Shown one piece after another: positions 19,722-29,202 of a stretch of DNA of 64,000 nucleotides. The stretch is from Acidimicrobiales bacterium (GTDB taxonomy: Bacteria > Actinomycetota > Acidimicrobiia > Acidimicrobiales > SZUA-35), in NCBI GenBank assembly GCA_965216655.1, contig CBDCGP010000016.1:4031-68030 (forward strand), given 5' to 3'. The notes beneath the pieces were generated by a model. That model saw only the letters and a list, made by a program, of their open reading frames with translations, was not told the origin of the DNA and made no database searches. Each line of letters begins with the position of its first letter. Positions within the stretch are counted from its first letter, which is position 1. The translations under genes and the position numbers were made by a program.

Positions 19722-20180
19722 ATGCCTGAATCCGAACCCCAGCCGAGCGAGCCACTGGTCAAGCCCCGAGGTGCGTTTCCCCACCTCCGGCGGGCGGGGG
19801 GAGTCGTCTACGTGTCGGGAACGAGCGCGCGACGGCCTGACAACACGATCGCCGGCGCGTCGGTCGATGAGATGGGAACCACCGACCTCGACATCGGCGT
19901 GCAGACCACGGCCGTACTCGAGAACATCGAGCGGCTGTTGGGCACGGTCGGGCTCGACCGCAGCCACCTCGTCGACGCCACCAGCTTCCTGGTCAACATG
20001 AACGACTTCGGCGGCTACAACCGGGCCTGGGCGGCGTTCTTCGACGGTGGGGAGGCTCCGGCCCGAACCACGGTGGCCGTCCACCAGCTCCCGCATCCCC
20101 ACCTGCTGATCGAGATCAAGGCCACGGCTGTCGATCCCGCGTCCGTTCAGACGAGCGACGGCGATGGAGGTTCCGCCTGA
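19722..20180 (+). CDS. RidA/YjgF family enamine/imine deaminase (2-aminomuconate deaminase-like context)
   Basis: GVVYVSGTSARRP...TTAVLENIERLL...ARTTVAVHQLPHPHLLIEIKATA. The ATG at 19722 was chosen. Confidence 0.85.
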   Translation: MPESEPQPSEPLVKPRGAFPHLRRAGGVVYVSGTSARRPDNTIAGASVDEMGTTDLDIGVQTTAVLENIERLLGTVGLDRSHLVDATSFLVNMNDFGGYNRAWAAFFDGGEAPARTTVAVHQLPHPHLLIEIKATAVDPASVQTSDGDGGSA

Positions 20181-21238
20181 TGGTTTTCGAATCCGGATCT
20201 GCGGTCACGTTGGCCCACCCGCCGCGGGTCGACATGCACGCCCACTTCTACCCGCTGATGAGCCGCAAGGAGGCATCCAGCCTCGGACTGGGCCAGTCGA
20301 CGCCGTGGCTGCGCGACAACGGCGACGGTACCGGACACATGATGGTCGGCGAGCACGAGTACCGGCCGGTCGAGGCCCGCCTGTGGGACCCCGCGGCCCG
20401 CGTGGCCGAGATGGACGACCATGGCGTTGCCGTGCAGGTGATGTCGGCCACGCCCATGCTGTTCGCCTACGCGGCGGAACCGAAGCGGGCGCTGCGGTGG
20501 TCGGCGTGGATCAACGACCTTGCGGCGGAGATGGGGGAAACCGACCCGGTTCGCCTCCGCACGCTGTGCCAGGTGCCGCTCCAGGACGTCGACGCCGCCT
20601 GCGCCGAGATCACCCGGGCCAAGGAGGTCGGGCACGTCGGGGTCCACATCGGCAACCACGTGTGCGGCCGCAACCTCGACGACCCGGAGCTGGTGCGTTT
20701 CCTGAACCACTGCGCCGACACCGAGATGGCGGTGCTCGTGCATCCCTGGGACATGATGGCCGGCGAACGCATGGTCAAGTACATGCTCAAGTGGCTCGTC
20801 GGTATGCCGGCGGAGACCCACCTGGCCATCCTGTCGCTGATCCTGTCGGGGGCCTTCGAGCGCCTACCCGACCACCTGCGTATCTGCTTCACCCACGGCG
20901 GCGGCAACTTCGCCCAACAGCTCGGCCGGGTCGACAACGCCTGGCACCGGCGCGACATCGTGCGGGCCGACTGCCCCAACCCGCCCTCGAGTTATGTCGA
21001 CCGGTTCAGCGTCGACTCGGCGGTCTTCGACGACGCCACGCTCGGCTTTCTCGTCGGGGTGATGGGGTCCGAACGGGTGATGCTGGGATCCGACTACCCG
21101 TTCCCGCTGGGGGAGCTGGAGCCCGGAGAGCTGGTGGCCGAGTCGGCGATCCTGACCGATGATGACAAGGCCCGGGTCGCCGGCGGCAACGCCGCCCGGT
21201 TCTTCGGCCTCGGCCCGCTACCGGGGTCAGGCGAGTAG
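20180..21238 (+). CDS. amidohydrolase-2 family decarboxylase, ACMSD-like (2-amino-3-carboxymuconate-6-semialdehyde decarboxylase family)
   Basis: VDMHAHFYP, LVHPWDMM, WLVGMPAETHLAILSLILSGAFERLP, CFTHGGGNF and LGSDYPFPLGELEPG are colinear with my recollection of eukaryotic and bacterial ACMSD. Confidence 0.85.
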   Translation: MVFESGSAVTLAHPPRVDMHAHFYPLMSRKEASSLGLGQSTPWLRDNGDGTGHMMVGEHEYRPVEARLWDPAARVAEMDDHGVAVQVMSATPMLFAYAAEPKRALRWSAWINDLAAEMGETDPVRLRTLCQVPLQDVDAACAEITRAKEVGHVGVHIGNHVCGRNLDDPELVRFLNHCADTEMAVLVHPWDMMAGERMVKYMLKWLVGMPAETHLAILSLILSGAFERLPDHLRICFTHGGGNFAQQLGRVDNAWHRRDIVRADCPNPPSSYVDRFSVDSAVFDDATLGFLVGVMGSERVMLGSDYPFPLGELEPGELVAESAILTDDDKARVAGGNAARFFGLGPLPGSGE

Positions 21239-22207
21239 CTCCCGGAGCCCGAACCAGGGACCGCTGTCGAGATCGCCGGCCGCGATCTTGCGGTCCTCGG
21301 GATCGGCCACCTCGGCCAGCAGCTTCTCCGCGTTTCGATGGGCCACCGTGGCCTCGTCGTCGCGGCCGAGGCAGGCCAGCGCCCGAGCCGTGGCCTCGGT
21401 GGCGTAGAAGTGATCGAAATCGGCAGCGTCGGCGATGCCGGAGGTGATCGCCGCGCACAGCTCGGCCATACGCAGCGCAGCGACGCCGTCGCCGGCCGCG
21501 GCGTGGCAGCGTGAACAGAGCCAGGCCGCCCGGGCCGCATTGATCGATTCGGGGCCGTTCACCGCCCGCCAGTGATGGGCGGCGGCGTAGGCCCGGCCCA
21601 GCAGATCGAAGGCCTGATCGAGGGTCAAGCCCGGCACATCGTGCTCGGCCGTCGGGCCCAGCAGCTCCCACGCCGAGTTGTTGGCCTCCACGGCGAGCGT
21701 GCGGTGCCACCGGCGGTCGATGTCATCGATGTCGTCGGCCGATACCGGCTCGGGGACGTCGACGTCGCCGAGCGGCTCGCCGGTCTCGAGCAGCGTCTTC
21801 ATGCCGTCGAGAATCGCCTCCCAGCCGTCCTTGACGTTGGCCCACGTCTTCGGGCTGAGGCCGAGGTCGTAGTGTCGAACCTGCACCCGGGTGACGGAGC
21901 CGTCGTCGCTGGCGGGGGAGAGGATCCACTCCACTCGGCCCGGCGGTTCGGCCGCGAGGTCGGCGTCGTACAGCGCCTGCCAGGTCAGCACCAGCCGCCG
22001 TCCCGGCTCGACCACCTCCAGGTCTCCTGCCGCCGCCGTCTCGCCGTCGGGCAACACGTAGCGATATCCACTTCCCGGTTCGAACGACGACTCGATCGCC
22101 GTCCGGTGGAAGTAGCGGGTGGTGAACTCAGGATCGGTGATGGCCTGCCACACCCGCTCGGGAGTGGCCTTGATGTAGATCTGGTACAGGTGCTGTGGGG
22201 TGGCCAT
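21227..22207 (-). CDS. SRPBCC (AHSA1/START-like) domain protein with extra helical C-terminal domain
   Basis: YIKATPERVWQAITDPEFTTRYF ... VEWILSP. Sits directly downstream of an ArsR regulator, which is a common pairing. Confidence 0.7.
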   Translation of the reverse strand: MATPQHLYQIYIKATPERVWQAITDPEFTTRYFHRTAIESSFEPGSGYRYVLPDGETAAAGDLEVVEPGRRLVLTWQALYDADLAAEPPGRVEWILSPASDDGSVTRVQVRHYDLGLSPKTWANVKDGWEAILDGMKTLLETGEPLGDVDVPEPVSADDIDDIDRRWHRTLAVEANNSAWELLGPTAEHDVPGLTLDQAFDLLGRAYAAAHHWRAVNGPESINAARAAWLCSRCHAAAGDGVAALRMAELCAAITSGIADAADFDHFYATEATARALACLGRDDEATVAHRNAEKLLAEVADPEDRKIAAGDLDSGPWFGLRELLA

Positions 22208-22209
22208 GG

Positions 22210-22551
22210 TCAGACTCCTTCGTGCGTTCCCGTCGAGGAAAGACGGCGCGACAGCTCGGTCAGCGTCTCGGTTGTCGATTGGGCGTACTTGGCGATCCAC
22301 CGGTCGTGGATCTGTTGGATGGGAACCGGATTGAGGTAGTGGAGTTTGGATCTCCCCACCTTCTCGGTGACGACCAGATTGGCGTCGGCCAGGATTCCGA
22401 GGTGCTTCATCACCCCGAACCGGGTCATGTCGGGCAGGACGTCACAGAGCTCGACGATCGATTGACCGTCGTGCTCGAACAGGGCGTCCATCAGCGCCCG
22501 CCGGCCCGGATCGGCGATGGCTCGAAAAACGTCGGCCTCGGCGTCTCCCAT
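22210..22551 (-). CDS. ArsR/SmtB family transcriptional regulator
   Basis: FRAIADPGRRALMDAL...VELCDVLPDMTRFGVMKHLGILADANLV. The MGDAEAD start at 22551 was chosen. Confidence 0.85.
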   Translation of the reverse strand: MGDAEADVFRAIADPGRRALMDALFEHDGQSIVELCDVLPDMTRFGVMKHLGILADANLVVTEKVGRSKLHYLNPVPIQQIHDRWIAKYAQSTTETLTELSRRLSSTGTHEGV

Positions 22552-22652
22552 GCTGCGACAATACGTGACCATGCGGTCACGTGTCAATCGGCCATTCCCG
22601 TTCTGAGGAGCTCGGGTGACACTGGGTGTCACCTGAGCTCCTATATTTCGGG

Positions 22653-24068
22653 TTACATGCGGACGTATTCGAAGTCGACCGGCTTCTGGTGAATGCCGGT
22701 CGACGGGGGAGCGACCCAGCCGGCCATCTTCCCCGGTTCGGTCACGCCGACCATCAGTGATTTGACGTGTTCGCGCTCGGCGTCGGTCGGCAGCCAACTG
22801 GTCACCGAGGCGTACCAGTCCTCATCGCTGATCAGGCGGCCGTCGGGTGAAACGTGGCTGCTCCGGAATGTGCCGACGTCCCGGTGGAAGCCGACATGCG
22901 GGAGCTTGATCTCGAAGTCGATCCCGGCCTTCGCCATGGTGCGGTTCCAGCGGTCGATGCCCTTCTGGCAGTCCTCGATGTAGTCGTCACGCAGCGTTTC
23001 GTTGAGAGCGGAAAGCTCGGCCACCTCCTTTTCGACGATGCCCTCGTCGGTCACCTCGGGCACCATGCGGGTGGTCGACTTGAGCACGTGATCGTCATCA
23101 CGCCGCTCCTCCTGGAAGCGGCCCTTCAGCCCGGCGGCGAAGTAGTTGGCGGCGTTGGTGGACGTCTCGGCCCCGAACAGGTCGAGTGACACCGAGTAGT
23201 GGAAGTTCACGTACTTCTGCAGCAGATCGAGGTTGATGCCGCCGTGGGGGTGCACGTCGTCGGTGTCGTACTCCTTCATCAGCTCGATGGTCCGCTCCAC
23301 GACCCGGCCCACGCCGGTGGCGCCCACGAACATGTGATGGGCCTCCTCCTTCAGCATGAAGTCGCAGGTGCGCGACAGCGGATCGAACGCCGACTCTCGA
23401 AGCGAGGCCAGCTGGTACTTGCCGTCGCGATCGGTGAAGTAGGTGAACATGTAGAACGACAGCCAGTCCGGGGTCTCCTCGTTGAACGCCCCGAGGATGC
23501 GGGGGTTGTCGGGGTCGCCGGAGTGGCGTTCGAGCATCTCGTCGGCCTCGTCGCGGCCGTCGCGGCCGAAGTAGCGGTGGAGCAGGTAGACCATGGCCCA
23601 CAGGTGGCGCCCCTCCTCGACGTTGACCTGGAACAGGTTGCGCATGTCGTAGAGCGACGGAGCGGTCAGCGACAGGTGGCGCTGCTGTTCGACCGAGGCC
23701 GGCTCGGTGTCGCCCTGCACCACGATCAGGCGACGAAGATCGGAGCGGTACTCGCCCGGCACCTCCTGCCACACGTCTTCGCCCTTGTGGTCGCCGAACG
23801 CGACCTTGCGGTCGGGCTCCGGCTCGGCCAGGAAGACCCCCCAGCGGTATTCGGGCATCTCGACGTGGTCGAAGTTGGCCCAGCCTTCGCGCCCAACGTC
23901 GATCGCGGTGCGGAGATAGACGGGGTTGTTCTTGAACGCCGATGGGCCGAGATCCTCCCACCAGCGGATGAACTTCGGCTGCCACTGCTCGAGCGCCCGT
24001 TGCAGGCGCCGGTCACCGGCCAGGTCGACGTTGTTCGGGATCTTGGCGTCGATGTCGACGGTAGTCAT
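22653..24068 (-). CDS. boxB: benzoyl-CoA 2,3-epoxidase (benzoyl-CoA oxygenase) component B
   Basis: MTTVDIDAKIPNNVDLAGDRRLQRALEQWQPKFIRWWEDLGP matches the BoxB N-terminus. Di-iron EExH-type region LKEEAHHMFVG. The 471-aa version was chosen; the upstream part of the 642-aa ORF is Arg/Pro junk. Confidence 0.9.
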   Translation of the reverse strand: MTTVDIDAKIPNNVDLAGDRRLQRALEQWQPKFIRWWEDLGPSAFKNNPVYLRTAIDVGREGWANFDHVEMPEYRWGVFLAEPEPDRKVAFGDHKGEDVWQEVPGEYRSDLRRLIVVQGDTEPASVEQQRHLSLTAPSLYDMRNLFQVNVEEGRHLWAMVYLLHRYFGRDGRDEADEMLERHSGDPDNPRILGAFNEETPDWLSFYMFTYFTDRDGKYQLASLRESAFDPLSRTCDFMLKEEAHHMFVGATGVGRVVERTIELMKEYDTDDVHPHGGINLDLLQKYVNFHYSVSLDLFGAETSTNAANYFAAGLKGRFQEERRDDDHVLKSTTRMVPEVTDEGIVEKEVAELSALNETLRDDYIEDCQKGIDRWNRTMAKAGIDFEIKLPHVGFHRDVGTFRSSHVSPDGRLISDEDWYASVTSWLPTDAEREHVKSLMVGVTEPGKMAGWVAPPSTGIHQKPVDFEYVRM

Positions 24069-24097
24069 GGTTGCAGAGCTCCTTGCTGGACGCGGTG

Positions 24098-25801
24098 TCA
24101 GACGCGGTGGGGGTCGAAGTCGGGACGGGATCCGGTGCCGAAGCGGCGCAGTGCTCCTTCGGGGCCGACGGCATTGGGACGCTGGAAGATCCAGTTCTGC
24201 CAGGCCGTGAGCCGGGCGAAGATCTTGGTCTCCATGGTTTCGGGGCCGACGAAGCGGTAGTTGGCCTCCATGCCGGTGAGGGCGTCGGGGGAGAAGCTGT
24301 TGCGCTCTTCGAGGGTGAGGCGCACCTCGTCCTCCCAGTCGAGGTCGTCGGGGGCGAAGGTGATCAGTTCCGCTTCGAAGGCGTCTTCGGCCAGAAGTTC
24401 CTTGCCGGCGGTCTGGACGGCGCGGGCGAGGGCGTCGGGGCGGCCCCAGAACCTGGTCTGCAGCCGGGTCAGGCCGTTGGACATCGGATACCACCCGCCG
24501 TCGGTTCCTCCGTCGGCTCCGACGTTGGCCGGGCCGAGACGGATAGTGACCGGTTCGGGCGGGTCGTCGAGATCCTCCCACGTGCCGGTGAGCATGAAGC
24601 TACGGTCGGCGGCCAGGGCGAGTTCGGCCAGCGTGCCGCCGAAGCAGCTGCCGGGCTCGATCAGGGCGATCAGCGAGCGGGCGGAAACGTCGATCCGCTT
24701 GAGGGTGCGAGCCCAGAACAGGCGGATCTCCCGGACCAGCCAGTGATCGGGTTCGTTGGCCAGGACCTGCTCGGCCTGGGCGACGTGATCGAGGCTTCCC
24801 TCGGTCTTGAACACCCAGTTGCCGATGTCGGTCTCGTTGAGGCGGAGGTGGAGGATGGCGTCGTCGAGTTCCCGGGCCGATCGGAGGATCCAGGCGTCGG
24901 CTCCGGCGGCCGCGAGGTCATCGGCCGTCGTCGGCTCATCACCCTCGGGGCCCTTGACGGTGATCGTGGCGGTGCCGGTGGAGCGATCGATCGAGACCGA
25001 CACCGTGGAGTAGGTGATCGTGTCGTCGTCGACGGTGCGGTCGATGGGGGTGAGCGAAATGCCGTCGGCCTCATCCGGCCGGTCGGACTCGGCCGCTCGG
25101 GCCGCCGCCCGCTCGGCGATCAGCTCGTCCCAACCGCTGGCCGGAGCAAGGTGGTCGACGAGTTTCCATTCGACGGCGGTGTCGCCCCTGATGCCTTCGG
25201 TGCGCGTGGCGAAGGCATCGGCCAGGTCTCGGCGGACATGACGCTTGTCAACCACCCGGGTCAGCCCACCCGTTCCCGGCAGCACGGCCAGGAGGGGAAT
25301 CTCGGGCAGCGAGACGGCCGACGCCTTGTCGTCGATCAGCAGGATCTCATCGCAGGCCAGCGCCAGCTCGTAGCCACCGCCCGCAGCCGTGCCGTTGACG
25401 GCCGCAATCCAGATCTGGCCGGAGTTCTCGGTGGCGTCCTCGATGCCGTTGCGGGTCTCGTTGGTGAACTTGCAGAAGTTCACCTTGTGGCCGTGCGTCG
25501 AGCCGGCGAGCATCTGGATGTTGGCCCCGGCGCAGAAGATCTTGTCGAGTCCGCCGGTGACGACGACGACCTTGACGGTCGGGTGCTCGAAGCGGAGCCG
25601 CTGCACGGCGTCGTGCAGTTCGATGTCGACGCCGAGGTCGTAGGAATTGGTCTTGAGTTCGTAGTCGTCTCGCAGGCCGGACTCGGGGTCGACCTCCATC
25701 GTGAGGGTGGCGACCGGTCCGTCGACCGCGAGTTTCCAATGGTGGTACTGATCAGGCGACGTTCTGAAGTCGATCATGTCGACGGTCACGGGTCCTCCCA
25801 T
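24098..25801 (-). CDS. boxC: 2,3-epoxybenzoyl-CoA dihydrolase (benzoyl-CoA-dihydrodiol lyase)
   Basis: DFRTSPDQYHHWKLAVDGPVATLTM...YELKTNSYDLGVDIELHDAVQRLRFEHP...FCAGANIQML...VNFCKFTNETRNGIED. The start could be 25801 or 25777. Confidence 0.9.
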   Translation of the reverse strand: MGGPVTVDMIDFRTSPDQYHHWKLAVDGPVATLTMEVDPESGLRDDYELKTNSYDLGVDIELHDAVQRLRFEHPTVKVVVVTGGLDKIFCAGANIQMLAGSTHGHKVNFCKFTNETRNGIEDATENSGQIWIAAVNGTAAGGGYELALACDEILLIDDKASAVSLPEIPLLAVLPGTGGLTRVVDKRHVRRDLADAFATRTEGIRGDTAVEWKLVDHLAPASGWDELIAERAAARAAESDRPDEADGISLTPIDRTVDDDTITYSTVSVSIDRSTGTATITVKGPEGDEPTTADDLAAAGADAWILRSARELDDAILHLRLNETDIGNWVFKTEGSLDHVAQAEQVLANEPDHWLVREIRLFWARTLKRIDVSARSLIALIEPGSCFGGTLAELALAADRSFMLTGTWEDLDDPPEPVTIRLGPANVGADGGTDGGWYPMSNGLTRLQTRFWGRPDALARAVQTAGKELLAEDAFEAELITFAPDDLDWEDEVRLTLEERNSFSPDALTGMEANYRFVGPETMETKIFARLTAWQNWIFQRPNAVGPEGALRRFGTGSRPDFDPHRV

Positions 25802-25862
25802 GGGCTCGGTGGGATCTCCCAATATTCTACACTTCCATAGCGTCACGTCAAGATGATGTGGT

Positions 25863-26771
25863 ATGTTGTGTTCCATGTCCACAACTGATTCGATTTCGAT
25901 TGCACCGTCGCCGGCGCTGGCGCCAGTGCTCGGGGCGAATCGAGACGGCTCGACCATCGCTGATTCGAGCCGTGGCCTACTCATCACGGTGATGGGCGAG
26001 TTCGTCCTCCCGACCGGCGGTTCGGTCTGGACCCAGACCCTCATCGCCCTGATGGAGCACCTCGGCGTCCAGAGCAAGGCGACGCGGCAGGCGCTCGCCC
26101 GCATGGAGAAGGGCGAGTGGTTGAAGCGTGATCGGGTCGGCCGCCGCACCCGGTGGCTGCTGACCGAATCGTTCACCGAGTTGCTGGCCGAAGGCGCCCA
26201 ACGCATCTACGGCTTCGGCGCGCAACCGCGCCCGTGGGATCGGCGATGGCTCGTCGTGCTGGCCAGCGTGCCCGAGCGCGACCGCAACATCCGCTACCGG
26301 ATGGGACTCGGTCTGAACTGGGCGGGAATGGGGTCGCTCGGCCAGGGTCTCTGGATCTGCCCGTGGGTCGACCAGGAGCCGGCCGTCACCGAGCTGCTGA
26401 ACCGCCTCGGCGTGATCGGCACGACGTTCCGCGCCGAGCTCGGCGCCCTCGGCTCGGGACCCGAGCTGGTGGCCCAGGCCTGGGATCTGCCCGACCTCGC
26501 CGAGCGCTACCAACGGTTTCTCGCCGCTACCGACGCGCTGACCGACGCGGCCACCGCGGATCTCGACGGGTCCGCCGCAGCCGTCGAGTTGGCCGGCCTC
26601 GTGCATCACTGGCGGCGCTTCCCGTTCCTCGATCCCGACCTCCCACATGAACTGCTGCCGGCGGACTGGCCCGGCCCGCTTGCGGCCCGCCGCTTCGGCG
26701 AGGTCCGGGAGGCGTTGCTCGAGCCGGCCCGAACCTGGTGGACGGAAACCGACGCCCTCTACGCCGGTTGA
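25863..26771 (+). CDS. PaaX family transcriptional repressor-like regulator
   Basis: LLITVMGEFVLPTGGSVWTQTLIALMEHLGVQSKATRQALARMEKGEWL is typical of the PaaX N-terminal wHTH. Divergent from boxC. Confidence 0.85.
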   Translation: MLCSMSTTDSISIAPSPALAPVLGANRDGSTIADSSRGLLITVMGEFVLPTGGSVWTQTLIALMEHLGVQSKATRQALARMEKGEWLKRDRVGRRTRWLLTESFTELLAEGAQRIYGFGAQPRPWDRRWLVVLASVPERDRNIRYRMGLGLNWAGMGSLGQGLWICPWVDQEPAVTELLNRLGVIGTTFRAELGALGSGPELVAQAWDLPDLAERYQRFLAATDALTDAATADLDGSAAAVELAGLVHHWRRFPFLDPDLPHELLPADWPGPLAARRFGEVREALLEPARTWWTETDALYAG

Positions 26772-26784
26772 TTCGGGTCCGGCC

Positions 26785-28287
26785 TCAGCCGTTCATGGGG
26801 CCGGGGTCGAGCCAGGGCACCCTCGGCAGTTCCGGCATTGGTGCCACCGGCACGTCCTCGCAGCCTTGGGGCACGGCCTGGGACGGATGGGGTGCGTCGC
26901 CGAGTCGGGCCTGCTCGCGCCACATCGCCGCCTTCAATGCGTCGCGTACCTCGGCGTAGGTCGGGTCGTCGTGGACGTTCCGCAGCTCCTCCGGATCGGC
27001 CTCCAGGTCATAGAGCTCCCACTCCGGCGGGTAGGTGAACGACGAGGTGAACGGCAGGCCGAATCCGTCGTTGTAGTAGTAGATCAACTTGTACCGATCG
27101 GTGCGGTAGCCGTAGTGGGCCGGCGCCTTGTGGATGACGTCGTCGTTCTCCCAGTATCGGTAGTAGAACCCCTCCACCGGTGGCTCGTCGGCTGGTCGCG
27201 CACCGAGCAGATCGGGCCAGATGCTGCGGCCTTGCATCGCCTCGTGGTGCGGTGCGCCGGCGGCGTCGAGGATGGTCTGGGCCATGTCGACGTTGGTGAC
27301 GATGCCGTCGAAGGTCCGGCCGGACTCGACGCGACGCGGGTACGACAGCACGAACGGCATGCGAACGGACTCCTCGAACATGAGCCGCTTGTCGAACCAG
27401 CCGTGATCGCCGAGGAAGAAACCCTGGTCCGAGGAGTAGATCAGCAACGTGTCTTCGAAGTCGTCGCGGTCCCGGAGCCAGTCGATGAGCCGCCCGACGT
27501 TGTCGTCGACGGAATGGACGCAGGCCAGGTAGTCGCGCATGTACCGCTGGTACTTCCACACCGCGGCCTCCTCATAGGTGAGGCCGGTCGGTGGATCCTC
27601 CTTGAGGTCCTCGGAGTTGAGGTGATCGGCCACCCGCATGGCCGTTCGCCGGACCGACGCGCTGCGGGTCGAGTAGTCGTCCCAGAACGTCGACGGAATC
27701 GGACGGGGTGCCTCATAGAGGGCCTGGTGTTCGGGTTTCGGCTCCCACGGCCGATGGGGTGCCTTGTGCCAGACGAGCATGCACCAGGGGTCGTCGCCGT
27801 CGAGCGAGTCGGCCCAGTCGATGGCCAGGCCGGTGATGATGTCGGTGGCGTAGCCGTCGATGACCCGCCGGCCGCTCGGGTTGAGGAACGTCGGGTTCCA
27901 GTAGTCGCCTTGGCCCGGGACGACGTCCCAGTAGTCGAATGCCTGCGGGTCGTGATCGCCGCCGTGACCCAGGTGCCACTTGCCGATCATGGCGGTGCGG
28001 TAGCCGGCCTCCCGCAGCTGCGAGATGAACGTGGGCTGGGAGGCGTCGATCGGCGTGAACAGCGAGTAGACGCCATTCACGTGGCTGTAGGTTCCGGTGA
28101 GAATCGACGCCCGCGACGGCGTGCACAGCGAGTTGGTGACGAAGCAGTTGTCGAAGCGCCATCCGTTGGCCGCGATCTCGTCGATCCGCGGCGTGTCGTT
28201 GGCCACTGACCCGTAGCAACCGATGGCATGAGCGCCGTGGTCATCGGTCAGGACGAAGACGATATTGGGCCGACGCGGCTTGGTCAT
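26785..28287 (-). CDS. sulfatase (formylglycine-dependent type I), no signal peptide
   Basis: PNIVFVLTDDHG and the CTPSRASILTG formylglycine motif. The MTKPRRPN start at 28287 was chosen. Confidence 0.9.
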   Translation of the reverse strand: MTKPRRPNIVFVLTDDHGAHAIGCYGSVANDTPRIDEIAANGWRFDNCFVTNSLCTPSRASILTGTYSHVNGVYSLFTPIDASQPTFISQLREAGYRTAMIGKWHLGHGGDHDPQAFDYWDVVPGQGDYWNPTFLNPSGRRVIDGYATDIITGLAIDWADSLDGDDPWCMLVWHKAPHRPWEPKPEHQALYEAPRPIPSTFWDDYSTRSASVRRTAMRVADHLNSEDLKEDPPTGLTYEEAAVWKYQRYMRDYLACVHSVDDNVGRLIDWLRDRDDFEDTLLIYSSDQGFFLGDHGWFDKRLMFEESVRMPFVLSYPRRVESGRTFDGIVTNVDMAQTILDAAGAPHHEAMQGRSIWPDLLGARPADEPPVEGFYYRYWENDDVIHKAPAHYGYRTDRYKLIYYYNDGFGLPFTSSFTYPPEWELYDLEADPEELRNVHDDPTYAEVRDALKAAMWREQARLGDAPHPSQAVPQGCEDVPVAPMPELPRVPWLDPGPMNG

Positions 28288-28416
28288 TGCGAAGGGTCCC
28301 TTCGAGCTCGGGCAACGAGCCTTCGACACTAGACGATCTCTGGTTGGCTGCGCGCCCAACCCTGCTGTCATTCACGGGTGAGAACGACCACAGCAAAGTG
28401 CTGGATCGCCAGCACG

Positions 28417-29202
28417 CTACACCTTGCTCGCGGATACCGGTAGTAGCTCGGCGGTTTCGAGGAGTTGCCGTAGGTCTGCGGCGAATCGTGCGGCCGGGGC
28501 TCCGTCGACGATCCTGTGGTCCACCGTGATGGTCAAGTTCATGATGTCTCGGACCGTCACCTCTCCGTCCAGGACACGGGCTTGGTCGGAGATGCCTCCG
28601 ACGACGACCCCCAGCGTCGAGAGCGTCGGGGCTGCTATGCCGAATCCAGCGCCGCCACCGAACATCCCGATCGCGGTGAGCGAGACGGTACCGACCCGGC
28701 GCCTCAAGCGGACCGATCGGTTGGCGAGGCGGTAGGCAAGTCGGACGAGTCCGGGCACGGCGGCGATCACCGGAAGGGCTTCGTCGAGCTGCCGTTGGCT
28801 GTGACTCCGCTTCGGAGCGTGCTGGATGGCCCTAATCTCGCCGGTGATGTCGGCAACCGACCGCGAGTCGGCATCACGGACGAGGTGGGCCAAGGGGAAT
28901 GTTCCCGCAGGTGTCGGCACCTCGATCAGTGTTGCGATGTCGACGTGGCCGTGGAGCACCAACCGGCCCCGCCAGTTGCGGTACGCGTGGACCTCAGGAT
29001 GTTGTGCGGCCGCACGGCCGACACAGGCCGCCACGAAGGCCGTCATCGAAAGCGGAGGGTCGAACGTCATCAGACGCTCGCGGGCGCAGGTTATGTCCGC
29101 GTCAATGAGCCCATGCACCGGGATCTGGCTGCGCCCCACCTTCAGGGCATCGACGACGAATCGCCTGATCCTGTTCACCTTCCGGACTTCCACCGAACGC
29201 AT
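28417..29202 (-). CDS. 2-oxoacid dehydrogenase acyltransferase (E2) catalytic-domain-only protein
   Basis: C-terminal ITVDHRIVDGAPAARF (DHRxxDG active site). No lipoyl or E3-binding domains. Confidence 0.75.
   Translation of the reverse strand: MRSVEVRKVNRIRRFVVDALKVGRSQIPVHGLIDADITCARERLMTFDPPLSMTAFVAACVGRAAAQHPEVHAYRNWRGRLVLHGHVDIATLIEVPTPAGTFPLAHLVRDADSRSVADITGEIRAIQHAPKRSHSQRQLDEALPVIAAVPGLVRLAYRLANRSVRLRRRVGTVSLTAIGMFGGGAGFGIAAPTLSTLGVVVGGISDQARVLDGEVTVRDIMNLTITVDHRIVDGAPAARFAADLRQLLETAELLPVSASKV

Noticed and set aside
24069-24581. N-terminal 171-aa extension of the BoxB ORF (642-aa version), and the analogous extension of the BoxC ORF up to 26206.
   Set aside because: The extensions are Arg/Pro-rich junk overlapping the upstream gene. 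The conserved BoxB and BoxC N-termini begin at 24068 and at about 25801.
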